NCBI RefSeq assembly: GCF_000020025.1
Contig: NC_010632.1
Span: 90,001-122,000 of the forward strand
Direction of reading: 5' to 3'
DNA: 32,000 bases
DNA from: Nostoc punctiforme PCC 73102
GTDB taxonomy: Bacteria > Cyanobacteriota > Cyanobacteriia > Cyanobacteriales > Nostocaceae
Positions within the stretch are counted from its first letter, which is position 1; every line of letters begins with the position of its first letter. The position numbers and the translations under genes are program-made. The notes under the pieces are model-generated. The model was not told where the DNA came from, searched no databases, and saw only the letters and a program-made list of their open reading frames with translations. Positions 16,340 to 24,451 of this stretch are shown here, piece by piece.

Positions 16340-17293
16340 TTAGAACTGTATCTCATCATATTCCGATTCCAGAACATTCAACAATTTTTCTTCCAACCCA
16401 GTCAAATAAGCCCGATTGAGCTTCCCTAACGACTCCAAAAACTTTTGTACCGATTCCTCTAGCCCACTCGAATACACCTGATTAATGCGATCGCAAATCA
16501 CCCGCATCTGCTCACACTCCGCAGGCAGGTAATTGTAGGACTTCAGGTACTGCAACCCAACCGTGTACTCCCCATCCCAGATTTTGATAGTACAGCTGAA
16601 TTCGCCCACATGGTTAACTATGCCCCAGCACCCGCCCTTGCCTCTAAGTTCGGGGTTATCTTTGGCTAAAATTTGGCACACCTCCCCGATCTGGTAGGTA
16701 TTGGGTACTTTAGTGCGTTCCATTATCTGCTGCACCACATCCTTCACGATTCTACCACTTGGGACTTTACCCTCTGCTTGTTCTACCGCCTGCTGCCATG
16801 CTTCTGGCTGTTGTTGAGGTTCTAGCTTTGCCAGAGGGCGAACTTGTACTTCTGATGTAGGCAAAATTTGGGAACTATTAGTTCCCATTTCATGAGATTT
16901 TTCATTTTGGGAACTATTAGTTCCCATTTTTATGTTGTCAACTATCACTGAACCAGCTATTAAATAATTCACATGGCGGTAAGTGTATGCAAAGCGAAAA
17001 CGGCAATATTCCTCAAAAGTTTTGTGCGTGGAACGATATAATCTGCGATCACGGAGTTCCATCAAAGCCTTTCCTGCTTCAAAAAACGCCCTTTCTACTT
17101 TGCGTTCGAGGCTGAGGCGATCGCGTTCTTCTGCCTCTGTTAGCTCAGGGACTTCAACAGCAGTAACAGTGATTGTTGCTGAAGCTGGGTTTTTTTCTTG
17201 CGAGATATCCTCAAGGTCTTGGTCATCTGGTGATGTGCTGTCACTGGATGCAGAGATGGTGGCTTTTTTGCGCTTACGGGTTGATTTGTCCAT
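16340..17293 (-). CDS. Hypothetical phage/plasmid-type protein (acidic N-terminus, helical putative DNA-binding core, SH3/KOW-like C-terminal domain)
   Basis: 317-aa ORF and the last gene of the XRE-led minus-strand operon. The core ERAFFEAGKALMELRDRRLYRSTHKTFEEYCRFRFAYTYRHVNYLI resembles plasmid/phage ParB-associated helical domains. The C-terminal 115 aa are duplicated at 14733-15077. Confidence 0.7.
   Translation of the reverse strand: MDKSTRKRKKATISASSDSTSPDDQDLEDISQEKNPASATITVTAVEVPELTEAEERDRLSLERKVERAFFEAGKALMELRDRRLYRSTHKTFEEYCRFRFAYTYRHVNYLIAGSVIVDNIKMGTNSSQNEKSHEMGTNSSQILPTSEVQVRPLAKLEPQQQPEAWQQAVEQAEGKVPSGRIVKDVVQQIMERTKVPNTYQIGEVCQILAKDNPELRGKGGCWGIVNHVGEFSCTIKIWDGEYTVGLQYLKSYNYLPAECEQMRVICDRINQVYSSGLEESVQKFLESLGKLNRAYLTGLEEKLLNVLESEYDEIQF
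16867..16929. repeat. Two direct copies (39-bp period) of TTTGGGAACTATTAGTTCCCATTT, each containing the inverted repeat GGGAACTA-T-TAGTTCCC
   Basis: Read directly from the sequence: copies at 16867-16890 and 16906-16929, inside the 16340..17293 CDS. They encode MGTNSSQ twice. Confidence 0.8.
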
Positions 17294-17315
17294 AAAGCCG
17301 CCTCTAGGCTGATAT

Positions 17316-17615
17316 TTAAGCGGCTGACTGTCGATGCTCTACCAAATCAAGTAAAGGAGGAAATATTCGGGATTTATCACTAGAAACCAAAACAAACACT
17401 GCATTTGTCGAAAAAGGTTCTTGAATATAGTTGTAAAGAATCACAAATGCTCTGGTAGTTAGGTAATGAGCATTTCTCAGTAAAATCACAACTTTGCTTT
17501 CTTCTGACTCTGCTACCAAAGTTTTTACTTGCTCTATGAGCCTTTCAATATCTTGAGCTTCATAAGCACTGGCGGCCTCAAAATCTATTATTTGGTCACA
17601 TATAAACGATGTCAT
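17316..17615 (-). CDS. Short clamp-loader (DNA Pol III delta-prime/HolB)-like fragment lacking the P-loop
   Basis: 99-aa ORF. KVVILLRNAHYLTTRAFVILYNYIQEPFSTNAVFVLVSSDKSRIFPPLL parallels the KvviI..a..m...AaNaLLKtLEEPp...fiL......lp.TI segment of clamp-loader subunits. It has an ATGA overlap with the upstream ORF. Confidence 0.45.
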   Translation of the reverse strand: MTSFICDQIIDFEAASAYEAQDIERLIEQVKTLVAESEESKVVILLRNAHYLTTRAFVILYNYIQEPFSTNAVFVLVSSDKSRIFPPLLDLVEHRQSAA

Positions 17616-17806
17616 TGCTTTGCCTCTGTATCTTCAATTTTCTCAAAAGTTCCATCAGCACGTCGCCGCCAACCATCCACAATTACATCATCTTCAGGAT
17701 TACGAGGTTTTGAGGAATCACGCCAGTCGTAATCAACATTTTTATCGGACGATTCTTGCTTTTTGTCAGGTATTCTATCCTGATTAGATTCGTTCTGTTC
17801 AGTCAT
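17612..17806 (-). CDS. Hypothetical small acidic protein
   Basis: 64-aa ORF whose stop overlaps the next ATG (ATGA at 17612-17615), suggesting translational coupling. No family was recognised. Confidence 0.4.
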   Translation of the reverse strand: MTEQNESNQDRIPDKKQESSDKNVDYDWRDSSKPRNPEDDVIVDGWRRRADGTFEKIEDTEAKQ

Positions 17807-17874
17807 ACCGTTTTTCTTGTCAATAGCAACCTTAGTCTCAGAATCATCCTTACTTGGCTATTGTGTAATTTTTT

Positions 17875-18225
17875 TCATGTCACACCTCTATTACCATCAA
17901 TGACAATCATGTGTGCTTGACGTTTTGTTGGTTTTAGGGACTCACTTTTCCCTTCTACTTCCTCTGAAGCAGTCTTTAACACCTCATCATTTGATGAGTG
18001 TCCAGTTTTGTCATCAATATTGTTTGGTCGCCATTCCAAAATATCTCCAGGCTGACATTCAAGTACTTCACAAAATCTCCCCAAGGCATCAAATGTAATT
18101 GAGGCAGCTCTACCTTGTTCAATTTTTTGGATATTTTGCAAGCTGTAACCAGTTTTCCTAGCTAGTTCATTTTGAGACAAGCCTTTAGCTTCTCTCGTCT
18201 TTTTCAGTTTTACAAGCACAGGCAT
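17875..18225 (-). CDS. XRE-family helix-turn-helix transcriptional repressor (cI/Cro-like)
   Basis: The N-terminal HTH is LSQNELARKTGYSLQNIQKIEQGR. The gene faces a divergent gene set across a 229-bp spacer that carries palindromic sites. Confidence 0.85.
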   Translation of the reverse strand: MPVLVKLKKTREAKGLSQNELARKTGYSLQNIQKIEQGRAASITFDALGRFCEVLECQPGDILEWRPNNIDDKTGHSSNDEVLKTASEEVEGKSESLKPTKRQAHMIVIDGNRGVT

Positions 18226-18246
18226 TTCCTAATTCTTACTCCTTAA

Positions 18247-18382
18247 AGTAGCACTACTTTCAGTTGGTTATCTGTGGTATGTATATCCATAAGTAATCTA
18301 AATAATTACTAAGAGTAGCATTACTAATCGTAATACAAAAGTCAGACTTAGACTATTGCTAACTACTCACAGTAGCGCTACT
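18247..18382. promoter_or_regulatory. Three operator-like 12-bp palindromes AGTAGC-N2-TACT in the divergent XRE spacer
   Basis: AGTAGCACTACT at 18247-18258, AGTAGCATTACT at 18314-18325, and AGTAGCGCTACT (perfect palindrome) at 18371-18382. AGTAAT/ATTACT half-site-like copies lie in between. Confidence 0.45.
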
Positions 18383-18454
18383 ATAAGTAGTACATAAAGA
18401 AAAAGCAATACAAAAGACGACCGACTGAGCCTGAGAAACTTCCGCGATCGCCTT

Positions 18455-19276
18455 TTGTTCCACTCAATTATGGAGACTTCAATCATGACATATCCGAAAT
18501 ACACACAGCAAGCCCTCTCCCGCTATAACCTCCCCCGCCTCAAAAGAATCGCCACCGAACTTGGCGTTACACCTACTGGGGACAAAAGAGCGGCTGACAC
18601 CTGGGTAAACGCAATCATCATCCATCAATCCACTAAGCTTCAAAAGGTTGACAACCAAGCCCTCGCCCAAGCCGAACTCGACAGCTACATCGCTGACCAA
18701 GCCCAAGCCATAGCCCCCGAACCCCTCACAATAGTCGAAATCTCGTTTGACCATCACGAATATTACGCTGATGACAAACTGGTAGCCAGCATCAGCCATG
18801 ACGATAGCCACTTAACCCAACGCTGGGTAGTCATGATCAATGACAAAGAAATATTCCGTGCCAATACTCTAATGCATTGCGATCGCTTCATCTGCAATCA
18901 TTATAAAGACGGCTCATTACCTGTGCAGGAAAAAGAAGCAACACCCTCCACGATCGAAAACCAAATTATGGCGCATATCTTCAACGAGTGCCAGAATTAT
19001 GGGTTTGAAATTCTTGATGATGGCATTTACAACAACGGCGTGAAACTGGGGCAAGTCGGATGCACTGACGGGAACTGGTGGGTGAAAAGGCGTTATTCAG
19101 TCCAGCAGCAGTATTCTAACTCGGTGCTTGATGCTGTGCGATCGCTGTCAATGCTGGATGTGTCTAATGGTGGTAAATCCATTTTTGATGAATATATTTT
19201 AGACCAACCGTTAGAACAGCTAACTGGCGATAGATTGCAACGGCTGCTGGAGAGAGCAGAGTTAGTCACGGCGTAA
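18455..19276 (+). CDS. Hypothetical phage protein with N-terminal SAP/Rho-N-like helix-extended-helix
   Basis: 273-aa ORF. The start is uncertain: TTG at 18455, ATG at 18470 or 18485. The segment LPRLKRIATELGVTPTGDKRAADTWVNAI resembles SAP/HeH motifs. Confidence 0.6.
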   Translation: MFHSIMETSIMTYPKYTQQALSRYNLPRLKRIATELGVTPTGDKRAADTWVNAIIIHQSTKLQKVDNQALAQAELDSYIADQAQAIAPEPLTIVEISFDHHEYYADDKLVASISHDDSHLTQRWVVMINDKEIFRANTLMHCDRFICNHYKDGSLPVQEKEATPSTIENQIMAHIFNECQNYGFEILDDGIYNNGVKLGQVGCTDGNWWVKRRYSVQQQYSNSVLDAVRSLSMLDVSNGGKSIFDEYILDQPLEQLTGDRLQRLLERAELVTA

Positions 19277-19306
19277 GTCTTGGGCTTCGCTTGTGAAAAG
19301 GTTAAA

Positions 19307-19361
19307 GGGTAAGGGGGAAAGGTAAATTTCTTCATTCCCCTTTGCCCTTTCCCCCTTCCCC
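19307..19361 (+). terminator. Long G/C-rich hairpin after the 18455..19276 gene
   Basis: GGGTAAGGGGGAAAGG (19307-19322) pairs with CCTTTCCCCCTTCCCC (19346-19361) as a 16-bp stem with one mismatch. No clear U-tract follows. Confidence 0.45.
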
Positions 19362-19383
19362 TAATCATTTACTCATTACAAAT

Positions 19384-19710
19384 ATGCAACCCACAGTCTC
19401 CATCCCCCAACACTGGGCATACCCTCGCTTTACTTTGGATCAGCGCACAGAACAAGGCACAATTCTAGGACTTTACTACTACCCATCTGGTACAGAGTTG
19501 GCTGAACAATTTGATGAAGGATGGCGTTATGTATTGATGCCTAACAAGAATTCTGACGAGATATCGTACTTGAAAGAGGATCAAATCCAGCCGCTCACGC
19601 CAGAAGAATTATTCCAGCAAATTACCGCAGAGATTGACTTTTATCAACAGCAAATCTCTATTCTGCAACAACAGTTAGTCGTATTAACCGGAGGTTTCAC
19701 AAATGCCTAA
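19384..19710 (+). CDS. Hypothetical protein
   Basis: The ORF track starts at 19342, but that start lies inside the hairpin. The in-frame ATG at 19384 (MQPTVSIP...) is more plausible. No family was recognised. Confidence 0.55.
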   Translation: MQPTVSIPQHWAYPRFTLDQRTEQGTILGLYYYPSGTELAEQFDEGWRYVLMPNKNSDEISYLKEDQIQPLTPEELFQQITAEIDFYQQQISILQQQLVVLTGGFTNA

Positions 19711-19906
19711 GACGGTTGACCCCAGTTTTGACCGCAGAGCCAATCATTTGCTGCGTTCGATTCGACTTTGCGGTGGTTGTGTGCCTCTACATCGACTTCA
19801 GTTGCAATTCTCCGATTCAGTTATTCAAACACTACTGGATAAAGAACTGGTGCAAGTACAGAATACAGGACGCGGCTTTTTGTTGGAGATTGCCGAGGAT
19901 TTTTAG
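19703..19906 (+). CDS. Hypothetical small protein
   Basis: 67-aa ORF that overlaps the previous stop by 8 nt. Its composition looks protein-like, whereas the overlapping ORF at 19716..19955 does not. Confidence 0.5.
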   Translation: MPKTVDPSFDRRANHLLRSIRLCGGCVPLHRLQLQFSDSVIQTLLDKELVQVQNTGRGFLLEIAEDF

Positions 19907-19947
19907 ATTCTTGACCTTATTGAGATTGGAATCAACGAGGAAAAAGC

Positions 19948-20406
19948 ATGATTGACTACGTTAACGCTCTGAAAACAAGTTGGTATACCTCCCCACCTTG
20001 GGGTCAAAAAATTCCGCCTGTTGAGGTCAATTTATTAGAAAGGATCTACCTGAAAACCACAAGAACATTTGGTTACTGTTCTGGTATCCAGTGGAGACAT
20101 GAATGCTGGCTTTATACACTCATCTGTGGTGATGAAATTGTCCACGCTACAGAATATCAAATCATTGGGACTGGTCAATTAGAAGCTCTCACGGTGCAAA
20201 AACCTGCTTTCATTTTAGGGCAGAATGTAATCCTTTGTTCTTATGGGGACGACACAAAACAACGACTGATTCTAGGGGTTGTACTTGTGGATAAGTTTTG
20301 GTTTTACCTTGTCGAATTGGTATCACCAACATTGACCGAAACACCGACTATACTTAATCGCTTCTCATTGGTTGGCGAAAAAAGTTTGGTGCGCGTGAAT
20401 GCCTGA
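19948..20406 (+). CDS. Hypothetical protein
   Basis: 152-aa ORF in a co-oriented gene string. No family was recognised. Confidence 0.55.
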   Translation: MIDYVNALKTSWYTSPPWGQKIPPVEVNLLERIYLKTTRTFGYCSGIQWRHECWLYTLICGDEIVHATEYQIIGTGQLEALTVQKPAFILGQNVILCSYGDDTKQRLILGVVLVDKFWFYLVELVSPTLTETPTILNRFSLVGEKSLVRVNA

Positions 20407-20445
20407 ATTAATTAACTATTTTGTTCAATAACCAGGTAATGAATT

Positions 20446-21257
20446 ATGTTGACACACTTATGGCGCAACTCAGAAATTCAGCAAATGCCCCAAGATGGAG
20501 AAATAGGAAAATACAGTATCCCAAAGGGCTATGTGAATGCAACCCAGATGTGCGCGGCAAATGGGAAACTTTGGGGACATTACAAAGAAAATCTACAAAA
20601 GCTTACTGGTTAGAGCTTTCTAACGACATCGGAATCCCGATATCGTCACTGATAATCGAAGTTGAAGGACGTGGAAGTATCCAAGGGACTTGGGTATATC
20701 CAGAGGTAGCAATCGATTTAGCTCAGTGGGTATCAATTCCATTTCGCATCTGGGCAAACAGAACCCTAATGAAGGTAATGTTCTCCAGTGAAGTAGAGCA
20801 AGAACCAATACCAGAGCAAGAGAAACCGCTAAAAGCATTAGCCCCATCCCATGAAGCTGCACAGTTAGCCCTGCTGGTGGGTGAATTTGCCGGATTAGAG
20901 AAATCCCTTACCGCGCAGTTAGCTGTTAACGCTGCCACTAAAGTCAACCCCGCACTCAAGCCAGCAGCCGATGAACTCAAGACTGCGATCGCAATTACCA
21001 ATGTCAGCGATGACGCATATCTCAAGCCTACAGATATTGGCAAGAAAGTTGGAATGAGTGCGGTAGCTGTAAACAACCGGTTAGTCCATGCGGGTTTACA
21101 GTACCGTACTGATGACAAGAAAATTCCATATCGCCCAACCGAATCAGGTAAGGAATGGGGACGGATGGTTTCAGCAGTAGCCAAAGGTTCAAACCAGACT
21201 GTGTTTCAACTGCGGTGGCTGCCAACCATTACACAATTATTTAATGAACGCAACTGA
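20446..21257 (+). pseudogene. KilA-N domain (antirepressor-like) gene split by a frameshift near 20584-20592
   Basis: Frame 1 (ATG 20446 to TAG 20611-20613) encodes ...SIPKGYVNATQMCAANGKLWGHYKEN, the canonical KilA-N start. The rest of the domain (STKAYWLELSNDIGI...GTWVYPEVAIDLAQWVSIPFRIWANRTL) is in the frame of the listed ORF 20421..21257. One missing nucleotide in the A-rich run AAAGAAAA would join them. Confidence 0.7.
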
Positions 21258-21266
21258 GGTGAAACA

Positions 21267-21632
21267 GTGGAAGAACAGATTGACGAAATCGGTAAACAAA
21301 TCAGTCTTGCCTACAAATTTTACCAAGGATACGGCTACTTTCTCTCATCAACTGTAGCCGAATGGTTAGGTGTTGAGTCTCTAGATTGGCAGCACCAAAC
21401 AATTTTGGATCTGTGTGCAGTCGATTTAATTAGCAGTGCTGTCCACAACTTGGGAAATGAGCAAGGGAGACGATACCTTTCATACTTCATGCTGCATGGA
21501 ACTTACTCAGGCAGACAAACAGTTTTTGATGGTGGCGTGAATACATCCTCGCTTGAAACCATCTTAGTTGTAATTAACCTACACAAAACAATCGCACCCC
21601 AATTCATTCCAGATTTTGAGGTAGATAAATGA
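21267..21632 (+). CDS. Hypothetical protein
   Basis: 121-aa ORF with a GTG start. Its stop overlaps the next gene's start (ATGA at 21629-21632). Confidence 0.5.
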   Translation: MEEQIDEIGKQISLAYKFYQGYGYFLSSTVAEWLGVESLDWQHQTILDLCAVDLISSAVHNLGNEQGRRYLSYFMLHGTYSGRQTVFDGGVNTSSLETILVVINLHKTIAPQFIPDFEVDK

Positions 21633-22291
21633 CACGATTCCACGATCCAAGAGCAAGTGCGATCGCTAAACAGATAGACACTATCAACGCAACCGGTTGG
21701 CAGTCAGCGTGTGACCTTGCCCGACAAAACCACGCAGTAGAAGGTGGACTATCCCCAGTAGAAACAGTATTGAGTTTCGATATGTTTCTGGCTAGGTCAA
21801 AAGACACAGCCGATAAAAGACAGTCAATTTGGGCAGAACAAGTAAGCCAGGGTATTAGCGGAATCGAATGGTACACCGTCGAATATGGTGGTGTCACTGT
21901 AGAGCTTCCCAGGCTGTGTGAGGAACTAACGCTTGTGCCGGGGGATAAGGAAATATTGATGCAGTCCAAGCCGGTGGCGCTCGAGTTCCTCACACACTGG
22001 AACATCGTCTTCAAGCTGTGGCACTACAACCGCGAAGCTGAATCACGCTGGAATCAAAGTCGGTGGAGTCAGTTTTACGCCGAGTACTTGCATGGGGAAT
22101 GGCTGGAACTCTGGGCTGAAGATGAGGTTTCTACTGTTCTCCTGCAAGACGGAACTTATAACGAAGTTCCTACATTCGCCATCAACGCTTGCTGTTGTTG
22201 GGGTAATCCAGAAGCAATCCACCGTACTACTGCATACTCTGATTCTGGCTCAAGCTGGTTTCAATGGAATAATTTTACACCGTGGAAGTGA
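21629..22291 (+). CDS. Hypothetical protein (Trp-rich)
   Basis: 220-aa ORF, translationally coupled to the previous ORF. No family was recognised. Confidence 0.55.
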   Translation: MTRFHDPRASAIAKQIDTINATGWQSACDLARQNHAVEGGLSPVETVLSFDMFLARSKDTADKRQSIWAEQVSQGISGIEWYTVEYGGVTVELPRLCEELTLVPGDKEILMQSKPVALEFLTHWNIVFKLWHYNREAESRWNQSRWSQFYAEYLHGEWLELWAEDEVSTVLLQDGTYNEVPTFAINACCCWGNPEAIHRTTAYSDSGSSWFQWNNFTPWK

Positions 22292-22381
22292 GAGCAATGG
22301 CGTAATCGTCATGAGCCGATGGCATCACTTTCAAGTTCACAAACTTAAGACATCAAAAAAATTCGCTCTTTAAGGAGAGAT

Positions 22382-22627
22382 ATGAAAGCCATAGTTATAG
22401 TTGTTGAAAAAATCACATCTGAAGCCCACATTGATATTCCTGAAGGTTTAGAAGAATCTGCGATTAAACAGCATATTGTAGATAGCTACAACAGTGGACA
22501 AATGCTGACCGAAATGAATATTTACCAAGTAGATTTTGAATCCATCAGCGCCAAAATTATTAGCAATCAAAGCAACGTTGAATTGACGGTTGTAAACCAA
22601 ATCGAATGCAATCAAGAGGCAGTATGA
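22382..22627 (+). CDS. Hypothetical small protein
   Basis: 81-aa ORF with GGAGAG upstream of the ATG. Its stop overlaps the methyltransferase ATG. Confidence 0.5.
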   Translation: MKAIVIVVEKITSEAHIDIPEGLEESAIKQHIVDSYNSGQMLTEMNIYQVDFESISAKIISNQSNVELTVVNQIECNQEAV

Positions 22628-23316
22628 CTGTTGCCCAACTGCTGATACCACAAATGTACTCTTCTAAATCTACAGGAGAAGCTGTTGGTAGACATCCATT
22701 GAACTTTTATGAGTCTCCCTCATGGTTTACTACAGAACTACTGCGTCACGTTAGGTTGTCTGGTGTAGTTGGTGAACCATGTGTAGGGATGGGAGCGATC
22801 GCATCACTACTATCGGTGTGGCCCTACACCAAGCAAATGTGGACGAACGATATTGATCCACATAAATCGGCTAATTACCAAATGGACGCAACACTATCTG
22901 AGTCATGGGCTAAGTTTCCCGATTGCGATTGGATCTGCACTAACCCCCCATATTCGGAGTTTGCTGCACCAATTATCAAGAATGCCTACTGTAAAGCGCA
23001 CGTTGGTGTAGCCGCATTCCTTCTGACCAGCTTTCTCGAACCTTGCGATGATCGGGCTGACTTCTTACAACAGCACCCGCCATCACTTGTTCTAATCATG
23101 CCACGCTTCTGTTTTCGTAAGGATAAACGGGGCACTCGTTGGGCTACCGATAACGTTACCATCTCATGCTTTGTGTGGGACAAACGCGCTACTGGTCAGC
23201 AAATTATTGTACGTCCAAAGTCTGCGATCGCTGGATTCTATAAAAATCCAGAACAGGCTATTTCACAAGAACGGGCAGAAAAAATTGTTCGGGCGATTGC
23301 TAAAGGAGAATTATGA
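22624..23316 (+). CDS. Small orphan N6-adenine DNA methyltransferase (gamma-type motif order)
   Basis: The SAM motif is VGEPCVGMGAIAS and the catalytic motif is ICTNPPYSEF. The ATG at 22624 forms an ATGA overlap with the upstream stop. The ORF track instead begins at 22606. Confidence 0.75.
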   Translation: MTVAQLLIPQMYSSKSTGEAVGRHPLNFYESPSWFTTELLRHVRLSGVVGEPCVGMGAIASLLSVWPYTKQMWTNDIDPHKSANYQMDATLSESWAKFPDCDWICTNPPYSEFAAPIIKNAYCKAHVGVAAFLLTSFLEPCDDRADFLQQHPPSLVLIMPRFCFRKDKRGTRWATDNVTISCFVWDKRATGQQIIVRPKSAIAGFYKNPEQAISQERAEKIVRAIAKGEL

Positions 23317-23912
23317 AACAGATGTCGCTTTTTGATGAACCGACTGCTGTTTTACCAGTCAACTATTATCCAGAGTTTCTCACTCTTACTGAAGCTGACG
23401 CACTTTACCAACATTGTCAACAACTGCAATGGCAACAGAATCAAATACGTATGCTGGGTAAAACGATGCCTGTTCCTCGCTTGGAATGCATTTATGGGGA
23501 CGAAGGATGTGATTATCTCTACTCAAAAAGCGTACTGCTCAAACCATTGCCTTGGACTTCATCGCTGGCCCAACTGAGGCAGAGGATTACAGATATGACT
23601 GGTTACAGCTTCCGTATTGTCATTGGAAATCAGTATAGAAGTGGACAAGACAGCATCGGGTGGCACAACGATAGCGAAGCATCAATGGGATTTAACCCAG
23701 CAATCGCATCCATCAGTTTGGGTTCGATGCGGAAGTTTCAGATTAAGCCTATTGGGAGTAAGTCTACTGATTTTTGGCTGGAACACGGGAGTTTACTGGT
23801 GATGCACCCAGGTTGCCAATCAACACATCTGCATCAAGTTCCCAAAACTAACAAAGTCGTTAGTACACGGATTAATCTGACATTTCGCCCACACATTGGG
23901 GGCAAAAGATAA
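23313..23912 (+). CDS. alkB: AlkB-like Fe(II)/2-oxoglutarate-dependent dioxygenase (alkylation repair)
   Basis: GWHNDSE (HxD), GSLLVMHPGCQSTHLHQV (distal His) and RINLTFR (2OG-binding Arg motif). It overlaps the methyltransferase stop by 4 nt. Confidence 0.85.
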   Translation: MKQMSLFDEPTAVLPVNYYPEFLTLTEADALYQHCQQLQWQQNQIRMLGKTMPVPRLECIYGDEGCDYLYSKSVLLKPLPWTSSLAQLRQRITDMTGYSFRIVIGNQYRSGQDSIGWHNDSEASMGFNPAIASISLGSMRKFQIKPIGSKSTDFWLEHGSLLVMHPGCQSTHLHQVPKTNKVVSTRINLTFRPHIGGKR

Positions 23913-24045
23913 TGGCATTAGTGGGACAACGAAAGGGATCGGTTTGATGGGACTGCTGCTTTTAACAGATGAGGATATCTTGTTAACTACCTTGAACGAT
24001 TGAGTCAATAGAGAATTTAGGATATTGACCATCAACAGAATCTAT

Positions 24046-24075
24046 ACAATTGTCTGACAATTGTTATGCAATTGC
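24046..24075. promoter_or_regulatory. Three CAATTG-core palindromes at exact 11-bp spacing upstream of the RHH-like gene
   Basis: ACAATTGT at 24046-24053, ACAATTGT at 24057-24064, and GCAATTGC at 24068-24075. A TATAAT at 24089-24094 lies only 8 nt before the ATG at 24103. Confidence 0.4.
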
Positions 24076-24102
24076 AAGGAAACCTCGATATAATTTTAGT
24101 AC

Positions 24103-24360
24103 ATGAGTACTAACAGACGCGCAGAGCGTATTTTTGAATTATCTCAGATTTTGGAGAGCCTTATGCCAGAACGATATATGCTTTCAATCACTTTATCAGA
24201 AAAGGCTTACGAAGAATTTCGTCTTGTAGCTACATGGAAGAAAATTCCTATTGGTACTTTAATTAGACAGATTTTAGAACGAGAACATGAAAGCCAAGCT
24301 TTTGGAGAGCTGGTCAAACGCGCAATGGCAGATGGACAATTAAATGTTTCAGAAGACTAA
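24103..24360 (+). CDS. Small putative ribbon-helix-helix (CopG/Arc-like) DNA-binding protein
   Basis: 85-aa ORF. ERYMLSITLSEKAYEEFRLVATWKKIPIGTLIRQILERE fits a beta-strand / helix / helix pattern. Tandem palindromes lie immediately upstream. Confidence 0.5.
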   Translation: MSTNRRAERIFELSQILESLMPERYMLSITLSEKAYEEFRLVATWKKIPIGTLIRQILEREHESQAFGELVKRAMADGQLNVSED

Positions 24361-24451
24361 AGCTTACTTGTATTGCACAGATAGCAATTTTATCAACAGT
24401 AAAAATCAGAGCTAGATTCCAAATTTCAACCATTACAGAAGGAAATTCAAG

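Noticed and set aside
16027-17312. ORFs 16027..16419 (130 aa) and 16983..17312 (109 aa)
   Set aside because: The first is an alternative frame of the GNAT gene running into the convergent gene. The second is antisense to the 317-aa gene and Ser/Arg-rich.
19342-19383. Upstream extension of the 19384 gene to the ORF-track start at 19342
   Set aside because: The extension lies inside the right arm of the 16-bp-stem hairpin and translates a C/T-rich tract (PFPPSPNH). The ATG at 19384 is the more credible start.
20620-22014. Antisense ORFs 20620..20862, 20723..21184, 21028..21225 and 21604..22014 (up to 153 aa)
   Set aside because: They lie opposite the co-oriented, translationally coupled + strand gene string. 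Their compositions (Ala/Ser/Leu/Cys-rich) are typical of antisense frames.
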